Assembly: GCA_026770705.1 (NCBI GenBank)
Contig: JANJGN010000036.1
Coordinates: 1,054,001-1,118,000 of the forward strand
Direction: 5' to 3'
Source of the DNA: Isurus oxyrinchus
Taxonomy: Eukaryota
DNA length: 64,000 nucleotides
In this document: piece after piece, positions 51,129-64,000 of the stretch
How the letters are laid out: each line of letters starts with the position of its first letter
How positions within the stretch are numbered: position 1 is the stretch's first letter
Translations under genes and position numbers: made by a program
The notes under the pieces: generated by a model
Database searches by the model: none
What the model was told of the DNA's origin: nothing
The model's input: only the letters and a program-made list of their open reading frames with translations

Positions 51129-54100
51129 TTGGAGAAGAAAGGTGGAGAGAGCTCACAGTCTGCTTCCTGATTATGACGTGTTATAGAAAGTTTCCCCTGT
51201 TGAGCAGGAACTTCCGAAAACCCTGCTGGCGCAACTTCAGGTGCATTGTCGTCGAAATTTTGTGATTTTACCCAAAGCGGAAACTGAATTATTCAATAAT
51301 GTGCACTATTTTAACAAATTAATATCACTTTCAGTTTAACTCCAGCATCTTCGGATTCTGTTATCTGGTGTTAGTGCTTTTATTGCATTCTGCATCTTTA
51401 TTCACTTTTTCAGCAAGATATTATTCAACAATGCACCTATACTCGAGTTCCTATATAGTGAACCAGATTTGATAACCCATGACAGCTCTGTTAGTCTTTT
51501 TTTTGTTCATTCAGACCAGATGACCTCAGGTTAAATCTGAGTCTAATTTACAAAGGCATTCATAGAGCGAATGTAAGCAGGATAGAAGTAGGGTTAAGGA
51601 CCGACAGGCACTGGAAGGAGATTTAGGCTGCATTGATATGAAAGCTTCAGTGTTAGTGGACCTTCAATTGTTGTGCTGTGGGAGGGAACAGTGTTACATT
51701 TACTCTTGAAAGAAGATTATTGATAAACTATCCCTTCTTTTTAAAATATATTTGAATGGATTATACCGCAAAAACCTCTGGTTGGAAGACACTTAAAGAA
51801 CAAGAGGATGCCATTCAGCCCATCATGCCTGTGACAGCTGTTTGAATGTGCACTTTCGCCTCACACCCCAGCTATGTTCTCATGACCCTATAAATTAGTC
51901 CTCTTGTAGCACACCGCCCATTTAATGTTACCATTTATCCTGCTTACAACAGATCTAATCGGCTGTGGTTGAAAGCAGCTTCCTGGCGATGTTAATAATT
52001 CAGAATCAAACACAATTCGCTGCACGCATTGGAAGGTCAGTCAAATGCGTGAGTAAATTTAAGGTGATGTTTCCCTGAGATTATGTAATCTATTTGCATT
52101 TCATCTTTCATTTCATCAATTTTAAATTGTTGGTCAGCAAACCATTGGTGTGCTGATTACTGGGCATTTTGTTGGTGATTAAACTCTGAGCTGCAGGACG
52201 TCTAACAATCCCTGTTCGTAGCTGGTGTATTTTAACAATGGATTAATCTGTTGTCAACACACATTCTGCACTAATATTTCAGGAGTTTTTCGAGACACTT
52301 GTTAGAAGATGCAGATGGAAAACTTCATTCTGCTAAGCACAGTTTTGCCACCGGCAAGGTTCTGTCCTCCCTAACCTGCAGGGCTAAATCTATTTCTTAA
52401 ATAAAATAAAAAAAACAGGGGACTCACAAACGCCTCCTTATTGCCCTCACAAGAGAACCATTTACAGATCTGTTTACTCTGCGTGTCAGCGACCTCCAGA
52501 TATCAGTCCTCTTAACATGTTGACCTATTAACCTTGCAGGCACATTGGAACCAGTCAGTTCCTCTGGTTGGATTTGGCATTCGATCTGATCATAGCTGAT
52601 GTTAGGAACTTGAGGTAGATTAATCACGTTATATGTGAGTTTCCGTTTGTCAAGTCAAAGGTACACATTTAAGTTTAAGTTTAATTAAAATTATTTTCTA
52701 TTTATCGATTAAAATGTTGAACTTGGAACCTAGATTCATTTTTGAGCGGAGATCGCAGGCCTAAAGCTCCTTAGATGCTTGCATTCCTTATGTAATTTAT
52801 GACTCTTGAAGAAAAGGTAAAACAAAAGTAAGAGTAGAAAAACAGGTGCTGTAGCCGAGCAATGGGGGTCCAGAGAGTGAGGCTCCCTCACACATACCTA
52901 AACAGACACACACACACACACACACACATACACAGATTGAGAGAGGGAGAGACAGAAAAAGCAATAGTTTGAGTTATTTTGAATGCCTCTGTCAAAGAGT
53001 CACTGGATAGCAGAGGGACAGAGAGCAACACCCAAACTGAGTGTGGATCTAAGACTCTTGATTACCAGTCTACTGGGAGAAGGGAGTACAGAGAGCAGAT
53101 TTAAAAAAAAAGAACAGATAGGCCCAAAGGGCAAGGAGTGAGATTGAAATGGAAGAATGCCCCAAGAAGATGTTCTAGTCAAATGAAGCTCAGGGAAGTG
53201 AAAAGGCTGCTGCAAAGTGAAGCTAAGAGTGGGGAGCTGTAGAAGACTTCAAACTTCAAGCTCAACGGGAGAAATGTGCAGGAAGCAGATTTAATGCAGG
53301 ATAGGCTTGAGGGGAACACGAAGGTCCAAGGAGACATTGGATGGTGTGTAATTCTTACTTTGTGCATATGAATCAGTGGCACATTGGTGGCGACTGATTC
53401 AGTAAAAGAGAGTGTGTGAAACCAACCTTGATGTACATAGTGATCCTGGGGTGAGAAACATGGGAAGGTGAGTCGAAATCCTGGAGGTGGACCCTTTCGA
53501 AAGGCATTTGAGAGAAAGCATCGGTTTGGGAGAAGATTCGAAAGAGAGAGAGTTGAGATTGGAAACCCTCTTTGGAAAGATGGAAATCAGTGAAACGGGT
53601 TGTCTCACGGTGTGAAAAGCATATTGTGCGGCCATGGCGGGTGGTGGGGGGTGGGGGGTGGGTTGGGGGCTTCTTGACGGTGGGAACCGATGAGGCATTG
53701 AAAGCACCTCTGTGCAGTGTGGGCCACGCGGTGGTGGAATTGATTGGATATTTGCAAATGCTCATTTTACCACGCAAAGCTACCTGAGGATTCACAGGAA
53801 GGAAGCTCTGCTGACGCTGTTTCTAAACCTCAGTTCCTCACTTGTAAAAAAGGGCAGCTGGCAGTGAGGGAGAAACACAACCAGGCACTTGCTCTGCTGC
53901 CACCGCAGAAGGTGGTTGATGAACGGAATGAATCACTTCACATCCAAGTTTGAGTATTCTTAAAGTGAATCATTAAACTGATCTAAGACTATTTGACAGG
54001 AAATATTCAATGAGTCCTTCAGAGAGCAAATTAAACTGTCTTGAAATATATAATAATGGATTCAAATATTTTAATGATGGAGTGTGGATATTAGCTGATG

Positions 54101-55319
54101 ATCACACTCTGGCACTGTTCACTGTTATAATTTATCCTTCAAAATAAACCACATAGAAAATATTATAAATGTGTTGCCCAGAAGGCTGCCTTAAATTTTA
54201 ATCGTGGGTTATTCTGCGACTGAATTTGTTTTACCGATTTTGCACCCATGTTGGATTCGTGGATGATTCAGGATATCACAAAATGTGGGCTACTGGACAC
54301 CAGATTGGAAGGTTTGCATCGAGTCACGAATTTGCTGGCCACGGTTTCCGAGCTAAAGCTATAAGGAATAATTGAACAAGCCGGGGCTCTTTCCTGTAGA
54401 AAAGAGGAAGCTGAGGGGGTGACCACATAGAGCCCTTTAAAATAATGAACATATTCGATGTGACAGCCTTAAAGAAGATATTCGCACTTGTGGGAGTGAT
54501 ACCAGAACTAGGGACCATCAAGATAAGATAGTCACCAGTAAATCCAATTTTGATTGGAGGACGGCCCTCTTAATTCATACAGTGTGGAGAATGTGGAACT
54601 CGTCCCCACAGAGATTGATCAAGGTGAATCACAGAGTTGGATTGAAGGGTGAATGAGGAAAAACACACGCGTGAGAAAGTACTTGAAGATTAGGTTGATG
54701 GGGCGAGAGGAAGATGGAGTGGGAGGAGGGTAGTGTGAAGCAGAAACACCAGCATGGAGCAGATGGTCCATAGTTCGCTGACCCGCAGGAGTATTCTTGA
54801 CATGAAGGAACAGGCGGGAAGACAGACTCTGGGTAAAACAATGACTGAAATATTCACGGCATACTCTAGTCTTCTTCAATCCGGTGTGTTTTTGTTGAAT
54901 ACAAAATAAATTAATGTTGTCTCGGTGAATTAAATAGGTCCCTTGGAATGAGGACCAGTTCCCTTCTGCCCACGCGAATGTCATGAGCAGTACTGCTGTT
55001 GAATTCAGCACCACTGCCTTTTGTCTCCACTTTGCACCTGCCTGGACTGCGCACCACCAGTGACGTGTGTTTACCACGACATGAAGCATGTTGCCTTTTG
55101 CAGGCAGAGCAGTGTGTGGTCTCCTAACCTGTAAACAGGAAAGCCACAGCTAAAATTTGCACCACGCCGATTTTTCCAGTGTGCTATTTTTAACCGTTGC
55201 ACGTAATTTTCGCAAAATATGCACTTTCAGCACGTCTTCCAAGCCCGGAGCCGAGAACAGAGACACCCGAGCAATGGGATGGTGAAAATCTCACAGCAAG
55301 AGTCCCGGGATCGGAGACC

Positions 55320-57804
55320 GAGAGCTTCCTAATGCCGTGTGCGTTGATGCATCTGTTCCCAGGATTGTGCCTTATTCACTCCATATTCAGGATGGCTTAA
55401 GGCTACTGAGATGGTCAGCCAAGAGGAAAATTATCCCCATACCTAGATTGTAGTATATATCTTTCAAATGAATGAACTGAATCGTGTCCACTTGATCGAA
55501 GTCGATGACGTATCAACATTTGACAACCTATCAGATTAGATGTTAAACTGAGACCCTCAGTCTGTCCCTTTGCGGTTGCAAAGGGTCCGAGGGCCAATAT
55601 GTGCAGAGGACCCGAGAGGTGAGTGGAGTTAGGCGGCAGAGTTCCCCCCTGTCTCCCTTGGGCCAATATTTATCCCTCAAACAACATCAGTGAAAACGTG
55701 ATGTGGGCCATAATGACGTTGTTATTTGTGGGTTTTGCTGTGCGCAGTTACAGCTGCCGCGTCTCCTCCATGACAACAGAGAGTAGTTTCAAATAAAAGT
55801 ATTTCATTGTCCCTGAAGCACGTCCTTCCCTGTTACTGTTGTTATTGTTTCAATTCAACCTAAACTTTTGACCCCGTGCGCATTTATGAATGAGTGGACG
55901 GTATATTCTATTTTTAACGGTTGTAGACGATTCTTCATTGGAAACATTTTCTCTCTCCCTGCCATGGCAGAACCCATAGTATTGATCCTCTATCTCTCAG
56001 TTACTGCATCTCAGGCAGCTTTGTCCCAGGCTCCCGCAGTTCAGATTCTCTCGCTTGGAAGTATCTTCAAGGTGCACTGTAACAAGTCACTGTAACATGG
56101 GGCTGGAGTTGAGGGCGGGGCGGGGGTGTTGGGGGAGGGAGGCGGGGGGCGTGTGTGGGGCTTGTCTACTGGTGTAAACGGAGCCAACGGGCGCATCTGC
56201 AACAGGTTTTGCCCCGTGAAAAAATCGAACCCTTCTACCGAGAGATTTTCGGGAGAAGTTAAGGACAATTTGACTCTCTATTCTCGGATCATTGCGGGTT
56301 TGCAGGCCAGTGATTCGGGCATGTATCACTTTGTAACTGAAAAATTTAGTGGGATGCTGTTTACGTTTGGAAAAGGTTGCAAATTGCTCATCAGGGGTAA
56401 AAATTACGAGAATTTTGCCCATTGTGCCTTCAATAATCAGAGAGTTATGGCCAATAGTGAATGAACCTTAATGCCCTATCGAACCGCCTTCTCCAATAAC
56501 CGACCTACAAAATCCTCCACCCGCTGAGATTCCTATCATTGGAAGGGACTCTTTGGTGTGGTTGGTGAAGGGCCTGCACCCTGATCCCTTTGTCGCCCGC
56601 TGGAATTTTTTTCGGGCGAGAAATGAAGGGGCAGAGCGATGCCAGGGCAATCGAGCTGGACGGGACCTCCAAAAACAAGAGTTAAATAAATTTTTGGGCG
56701 GAAACTTGAAGCAGCAGTGCCCTCTCTACTTGCCAGTTCAAAAAAACTCTAGTGAAAAATCTTCCAACTGAAACTGTTTCATCTCAGAAAAGTAGATATT
56801 AACAGTTAACTTGTGTATTTAATGTGCAGCCTATTTGTTAGCAATATCTCTTTTTACATTAAAACTCCCTTTTTCTATGCGCCCATCTATCATTTCCTGA
56901 CCCCTAACGTCACTCTCATATAGTTCATGATTTCAGTGCTTAGCTTTGTGAATTTTTAAGTGTTTCTGTATCGTTGGTTAAAAAGCATATTGAATGAGAT
57001 AAGCTATTTTGACATGTCAATGATTAAAGAAAATGACAAATTTTTGTTTACTAATTTCTCTCTCGATTCCCATATGTTATTATCTGTATTCCTCAGAGCT
57101 TGCAGCACAGAAGCAGGGCATTCGGCCCTTGGGCTCTGTGTTGATGTTTCTGCTCCACACGAACCTCCCCCGACCTCTCATTATCTCACCCCATCAATAT
57201 ATCATCCTGTTCCCTTATTCATTATGTGTTTATCCAGCGTCTCGTTTAAACGTGTCTCAGCTATTGACTTTCAGCTATTTCAATAACGCTATTTCAACTC
57301 AGTTTAAATTTCACTTTCTAACGGGCAACATTAGCAGTGATGCGGAACTGATAGATTGCAGAGCAAGGACACAAGTAAATACGATAACAATGAATTGAAT
57401 TGTTTCCTAGCATGTGTAGATACATTTCACTGAATTTTAATCAAAGTTTTAACATTCATAGTTTCTGTCATATGAGTGCAGGACATTTTGCATAGTGCAT
57501 ACTGTTTGATAACACTGTTTACATGTCCTATAACACTGCGATGTCAGATGCAATTTATTGACTGGAATTCAACTGCTAATTGATATTGGCCACTTTTTAT
57601 TGGGTAACAGGGATTTAGTGTTATAGAAGGAAGGCACGGGGATGGGGTTAAGGTACAGATCAGAAATGTTCTTATTGAAAGGCAGAACAGGCTCGAAGGG
57701 CTGAATGGCCTCCTGATGATGTTGTGGCTCACGATAATTATTTGTGTTTCCTCTTGCAGAATAATTTTCCTCGACTGGTTATTAATGCGGATTGCACATT
57801 CTGA
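55320..57804 (+). pseudogene. C2: pseudogene of the subtype-C VJ-C1 receptor
   Basis: Leader remnant 55320-55362 (ATG and donor lost); VJ exon 56001-56396 (QAALSQAPAVQIL...VHC...*...ERFSG...SDSGMYHFVTEKFSGMLFTFGKGCKLLIR) with stop, G-rich insert and frameshift; C1 ~56483-56791 decayed; TM exon absent; cytoplasmic remnant ~57325-57383; terminal exon 57760-57804 NNFPRLVINADCTF*. Confidence 0.88.
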
Positions 57805-58744
57805 TTGCAAACGATATCGAGAGCTCATCTTCTGCTTCCAGACTATGACACGTGGTGGAAAGATTTCTCTGGTGTGTCCTTATTGGATGAAAGCCTGGAG
57901 GCGTGACCCCTTCCAAGAGACAGCCACCTCAATTCCAGTTCCCTGCTGAATGCGTATTTATCAGTAATGGCGAGCAATACAGTCTGCCGTTTTGAGGTGT
58001 ACTAAAAAGTCTTCAGGGCTGACCAAACAGGATCCATTTCAAGTGCCAGTTATCATCCAGAAATTTTAAAATTCTGTTCAGTCTTGATATGTTTCTAATT
58101 TCTTGTGATATTGCTTTTAACACCATTGTGCATCTTTGTGTAGTGCTTGAGCTGGAAAGTGAGTATCAGTGTCCAAGTTAGCAAACAATTAAACACGTTT
58201 TGAAACCCAAGCATTGCATTTGGGAATTCAGGCTCTTTGATCCCTTAGTGCAGAAGTGCTCAGTGAATCTGCAATGGCAGGTTACAGGACATCTTTATAG
58301 ACCAGATGTGTGCGGTTTAAAAGTGGAGCCTATTCAACAAGAACAAGACCTGAACTGAGAGGTTATGATATCAGGGAAGATTGAACAGGCTGGGCCGCAT
58401 TTCTCCACAAAATAGAAGACTGGGAGTCGTGGTGGGGTGGGGGGTGGGGTGCGGGGGGAGGGGGGTGGTGGGGGGTGGATGCTGAAGATACTTAAAATTA
58501 TAGAGCGATTCGATGTGTGTAGATGTAGAAAGAACGTTTCCACTTGCAGGCAGAGATGAAGTAAATGCCATGAATATAGGACTTCCAATAATATTTCCAG
58601 TGGGGAACTCAGGGTTACTTACTTTTCGAGGAGAAAGAGGAGAAACCATAGGGAGTGCTTGGCATGAAGATTTGAAATGTATATAAGGGTGAAGCTAAAT
58701 AAATACATGACCAATAAAGGAATTGGAGGACATGTTATAAAGGC

Positions 58745-61700
58745 ATAGCGTCATAGATATCTACAGGCCAGAAAAAGGGCCTTCAGCCCATCGAGTCTGC
58801 ACTGCTCAAACAAGTAGCTAACAATTCTAATCCCATTTTCCATCACTAGGCCCATAGCCTTGAAGGCCATGTCATCTCAAGTGCACAGCCAAATACTTCT
58901 TAAATGTTATGAGGTTACTGCCTCTACCACGCTTTGAGGCAGTGAATTCCAGATTTCCAGCACCCTCTGGAATAAATTCTTCCTCACATCACCTCTAAAC
59001 CACCTGCTCCTTAACTTTAATCTGTGCCACCTGGTTATTGATCCATCCATCAAGGGGAAAAGTTCCTTCCTGTCTACCCTATCTATACTCCTTATAATTT
59101 TATACACGTCAATCATGTCCCACCTTAATCTTCTCTGCTCCAGGGAAATTGACCACAGTCTATCCAATCTCTCCTCCTAACTAAAACTCTCCAGCCCAGG
59201 CAACATCCTGGTAAACCTCCTCTGCACTCTCGCTCGTGTAATCATATCCTTCCTATAATGTGGATTCTAGAACTGCAGGCAATTCTCTGGCCGTGGACAA
59301 GCCAACGTGTTATACAGTTCCAGCATAACCTCCCTGCTCTTATACTCTATGCCTTGACTAATAAAGGCAAGTATCCCATATGCCTTCTTAACCACCTTAC
59401 CTACCTTTTCCACTACCTTAAGGGACCGGTGGACATGCAAGCCACGGTCTTTCTCATCCTCAGTACTTCCCAGTGCCCTACTATTGATCATGCATTCCCA
59501 TGCCTTGTTTGTCCTGCCAAAGTGCATCACCTCACACTTATCTGGATTAAATTCAATTGCTATTGATCAGCCCATCTGACCAGCCCATCTATGTCCTCCT
59601 GTAATTGAAGGCTATTCTCCTCACTTTTTACAACCCCACCAATTTCCGTGTCAGCCGCTAACTTACTGATCAACCATCCTACATTCCAGTCTAAATCCTT
59701 TATATATTCCAGAAACAGCAAAGGGCCCATCACCGATCCCTATGGTACTCTAATGGATACACTCATCCAGTCACAAGAAATACCCCTCGACCACCACCCT
59801 CTGCCAATTCTGGAACCAATTTTACAAATTGTATTGGATCCCATGGGCTCTTAAATTTGTTATTAGACTCCCATGCGGGACCTGATCAAAAACCTTGCTG
59901 AAGGACAAGTAGACTACTTCAAATGGATTGCACTCATCTGCACCACTGCTCAGCTCTTCGAGAAATTCAATTAAATTCGTCAGACATGGCCTCCCCTGAA
60001 GAAAACCATTATGATGGTCATTGATTAATCCCTGCTTCTCCAAATGTAGATTAATTCTGTCCCTGAGATTTGCTTCCAATAGCTTCCACATCACTGAGGT
60101 TAGACTGACTGGCCTGTAGTTCTCTAGCACACCTCTTCCACCCTTCTTGAATAATGATATCACATTGCCTGTCCTTCAATCCTCTGGCATCACTCTTGTG
60201 GCCTGAGAGGTCCTGAAAATTATTACCAGCACCCCTGCTATCTCGTTTCTTGCCTCACTCAACAGCCTGGCGTACATTTCATCCGGGCCTGGAGACTTAT
60301 CTACTTTTAAGGCTCCCAAGCCACTTAGAGCCTCCTTCCTTTATTTGCTATTTTAAAGAGTGATGACACAGCCTTTCTGCCGGGTTTCCATACCCACTTC
60401 GTCTCTCTCGCTTGTGAACACCGACACAAAATATTCATTTAGGGCCCGAGCTATGTCTTCCGGCTCCACACACAATTTACGACTATGGTCCTTAATGGGC
60501 CCTGCTCTTTCCCTAGTTATCATATTATACTTAATGTACTTGTAAAATTAGTTTGGATTTTCCTTTATTTTACCTGCCAATGTTCGTTCAAGCCCCGTTT
60601 TTGGTCTTCTAATTTCGTTTTTTGTTCTCCCCTACACATTCTATGAAGCTCTAGGACATCCGCTGTTTTGGTGTATACTATATGCTTCCCCTTTTTCTTT
60701 TTACACAATCCTGTATATCCCTCGACATCCCGGGTTCCATGGATTAGTTGATCCCCCCTTTGTCTTTACTGGAATATGTTGGCCCTGTACTCTCCCTATT
60801 TCCTTCTTGAATGAGTCCCACTTCTTTGACGCAGATTTACCTAAAAGTAGCTGCTCCCAGTCCACTCTGGCCAAAACATATCTGATCTTATTAAAATCGG
60901 CTCCCCCCAATTTAGAAATCTGATTTCTGGTCCATCCTTGTCCTTTTCCAGAATAACACCGAATCTAATGGAGTTATGGTCACTATCAGAAAAATGCTCC
61001 CCCACTGATACCTCTACCAATCCCTGTTTTCATTCCCTAAAGTTAAGCACAGTATCCTCCCCTCTCTTGTTAGACCTTATACGTACCGTCTTAGAAATTT
61101 CTCTGGGATGCATTTAAGGAATTTCACTCCCTTTAAACCTATCACACTATGACTCATCCAGTTCATGTTGAGGAAGATGAAATCCCCCACTATCGTTAGC
61201 CTATTATTTTTACACTTGTCTGAAATTTGCCTACCTATCTGATCTTCTATTTCTGTTTGATTGTTTGGGGGGCTATAGTTCACTCCCAGCAATGTGATTG
61301 CTCCTTTCGTTGTTTTTTCTTTAGTTCTGCCCTCATGGCTTCGTTTGAGCAGCCTTCTAAGCTGTCATCCCTTTTTACTGCTGTAATTGATTCCTTGATC
61401 ATAGTTGCAATGCCTTCTCCTCTTTTAACTGTTTCCCTGTCTCGCCTGAAGATCTTGTATCCTGGAGTATTGATCTACCAATCCTGCCTCTTTGTCATCC
61501 ATGTCTCGGTGACAGCAATGGCATCATACTTCCATGTCTTAATTTCTGCCCTGAACTCATCTGCCTTATTTGTCAAACTCCTTGCATTAAAACAAACAGC
61601 ATCTAACCTTGCTAAACACCACGGTGCCTTTACTGGCCTATAATTCCTATGCCTTTCAGACTCATCTGCTCTGTCTTCTAATTGTGCCTGCTGACCACCC

Positions 61701-61785
61701 TCTCAGTATCCCATTCTCCTGAAAGTTAGTTTAAACCCTTCCCAACAGCACTATCGAAGCACCCCAGAAGGATGTTCGTCCCATT
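58745..61785 (-). mobile_element. CR1 LINE ORF2 remnant (APE endonuclease and RT), ~3 kb
   Basis: Minus ORFs 61077-61292 (LGVNYSPPN...IVGDF), 60701-60910, 59822-60163 (NYRPVSLTSV...CLTNLIEF), 59267-59530, 58907-59167; absent at the paralogous site ~32110. Confidence 0.93.
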
Positions 61786-62959
61786 CCGGGGTGTGATGGA
61801 GAGGGTGTGTGAGGAGGCTCCTGTAAGCAGAAAGTCGAGCATAGAGCTGAGGGACTGAATGGCCTGTGACTGCTCTGGAAATAATTTGGAATATTGCAAA
61901 GCAGAAAGCATGAGCAGTGACTGAAAGTGGTTTGTTGGTGATGTGAATACTGTGCATCAATAACACAATTTGTTCTTCACAGTGAAGGAACCAGTTAAAT
62001 ATGAAAGAAGAATTCAAAGGAAGTTTCACAGAGGTGACCTGATAACTCTCTGTTGACCTCCACTAGGCCAAATACATCGGCCGGGGGCCATTGCTTTTTA
62101 AGATACCTGTTACGATTGGAATCAATGTTATTCACTGAGCAAGCCAAATCTCAGACGGAAGGATGTCTTACTGATCTTTTTTGCCTTGCATTTTGAAAAC
62201 GAAGGAAAACAATTGGTCCCAGTAGCACCGAATCCCAGTAACACTTTTACATTTCTAAACTTAAATGGTTTATGGCTAAGAATGAAAAAAATGCTACCAC
62301 ACAAGCATGGTTGAAACAGTCTTGCAATATATTCCCGCAAAAAGCCCATAAAACAAACCAGTAAACTGCTTGGCAACAGCTCCCTTACAGATCTTTAACC
62401 ATAAAAATCCAATAATATTGCACGAGGCAAAAAAACTGCTGCTACCAAAGTCAATACAACACACTAATTAGCACTCTCTTCCACTCTGCGGTGGAAATCC
62501 GAGGTTCAGAAACACAGTCTCTCCTGAAAACAAAGACCACTCTCTCTATAAATCGGATGGCTGCTTCAAATTTACATTTCTCTCCCAGCACAGAGCTGGT
62601 ATAAGGACATCTCCACCACACAGTCATCTCAGCTCAAATAAATAACCTTCCATAAATAACGTTTTTTTTTCCCACTTTCATCATGGACTGCATTATCGTA
62701 AGCAACTGTTAGAACTCAACAGTTCCAAAATATACAAATTTCATACGTCTTCCTATTGTCTCCACTTTCGGGTGAAATAAAATTTAATAAGATTCCCTTG
62801 TTTACTTATGAAATCTTTTTAAGGTGTACAAGTCTGTCAAACTCCCTTTGAAATTTAGGAGCTAAGAGAAAGCCTTATATATAAGCTAATAGAATTTAAG
62901 CACCAAACTTACTATTTTGTAATTCCAAATTCACCATAGGCTTTCAGTACAAATGCAAT

Positions 62960-63117
62960 NNNNNNNNNNNNNNNNNNNNNNNNNNNNNNNNNNNNNNNNN
63001 NNNNNNNNNNNNNNNNNNNNNNNNNNNNNNNNNNNNNNNNNNNNNNNNNNNNNNNNNNNNNNNNNNNNNNNNNNNNNNNNNNNNNNNNNNNNNNNNNNNN
63101 NNNNNNNNNNNNNNNNN
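62960..63117. other. Assembly gap (N run)
   Basis: 158 N. Confidence 1.
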
Positions 63118-63953
63118 CACCACCATAATCCCTAAAATATATAACAGCAACGCCCATCTTCACATACTGACCTCCAGACATTCACCTTGTTCCCATACCC
63201 CTTAATACATTTAGACAACACAATGAAATGGATACCAGCTTCAACAGCTTACTGTGGGGGAGTGATCCAGATTTGCACTGCACCTTCCACAGAACCACTT
63301 GCTCCAAAACGCACTACAATCACAATAAAGCTCAGACATGTGACTTTAAGATTAAATACTAACCAAGAGACACTGTGTAAAAGTGAAGTGGAACCAGCAC
63401 AATGTTCTTTCATCGCTGTCCCTCTCCTCCTGTGTTCCCGTTCAAAAAATGATGAAACATATCAGATCTCAGGCAAAGCATCTCAATCCAGGAATGATGT
63501 TGTCAGCTCAACAGAAATTGCAGGTTTATCCAGATGAAATTCAATTATAATTGAACTATTAATCAGCACAAACATTTGGTGCATCGTTCTACTTGAATAT
63601 TAATTTATTTTGTTTACATACAGACATTTATCAAGAAATGTACATCCTGCTAGTAACTTGGTTTACAGGATCAGCAGAAAAGATCCAAGGAAACTAGGGA
63701 AATTCTTTCCTCAGTGTTTCTTTTAACCTTGCGTTTAATGAGAAGAATGGAATATCCTTAACAACAATCAAAACATCTTTAAGATTCAACGAAATGAGAC
63801 ATTCTTTGAAAGTTCTGGCGCGTGCATGGGGAAAGTTTAATTGTTTGATGGAAGTCACCTTAGCTGCATGTTTATTTCCATAAAGCTGTAAGCTCTTTGG
63901 CTAATGCAGGCCCCTCCTGATAGTTGATCAGAAAGAAACCTTCCCGATTCTCA

Positions 63954-64000
63954 TCAGCGGCGCGTCTTCTTTTTTAATCTTTTGTCCAAGGCAGCCAAGT
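63954..64000 (-). CDS. B4: end of the terminal exon of a further B-type gene lying beyond the window
   Basis: Reverse strand reads (D)LAALDKRLKKKTRR*, same frame and stop position as B2 DLAALEKRSKKKGGRR* with one codon fewer. Confidence 0.7.
   Translation of the reverse strand, partial: LAALDKRLKKKTRR

Larger units (their letters stand above)
9100..64000. repeat. Tandem segmental duplication of a [B(-), A(+), C(+)] cassette, period ~26-29 kb
   Basis: Anchors: 11400/37690, 14000/40250, 18000/48400, 21070/51090, 27340/55130, 31180/57760, 33640/62130, 35450/64000. Confidence 0.9.

Noticed and set aside
52600-53800. Possible solo LTR (shorter counterpart ~24000-24660)
   Set aside because: Composition is suggestive, but no clear TG...CA termini, target duplication or coding remnant could be fixed.
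55964-56000. GCCATGG-initiated hydrophobic peptide MAEPIVLILYLS in frame with the C2 V exon
   Set aside because: It is the intron polypyrimidine tract; the C1 paralogue has ATA, the true leader homologue is at 55320, and the V has a stop.

Overview
Eukaryotic genomic DNA, most likely from a cartilaginous fish (shark-type CR1 LINEs, Deu/SacSINE1-like SINEs, a Penelope-like element, an Ig light-chain type I/NS5-like C exon). The window is a tandemly duplicated cluster (period about 26-29 kb) of non-rearranging, antigen-receptor-like IgSF genes. Each gene has: leader / one exon encoding a pre-joined V(J) domain with no RSS / ~90-100 nt intron / C1 domain / uncharged TM with a juxtamembrane Cys / short cytoplasmic exons / terminal YxxL motif. 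I call the subtypes A, B and C (my labels; C is a diverged A-like lineage); A and B sit head-to-head. Order: IgL-C pseudo-exon (+), A0 leader remnant (+), B1 pseudogene (-), A1 intact (+, 16276-21107), C1 pseudogene (+), B2 intact ORF (-, 40189-35402), inverted B3 remnant (+), A2 pseudogene (+), C2 pseudogene (+), last exon of B4 (-) at the right edge. One duplicate kept A and lost B; the other kept B and lost A. The B2 V domain has both canonical cysteines replaced by Ser. All exon models were derived by hand from splice signals, phase and paralogue comparison; no database search or expression data were used.
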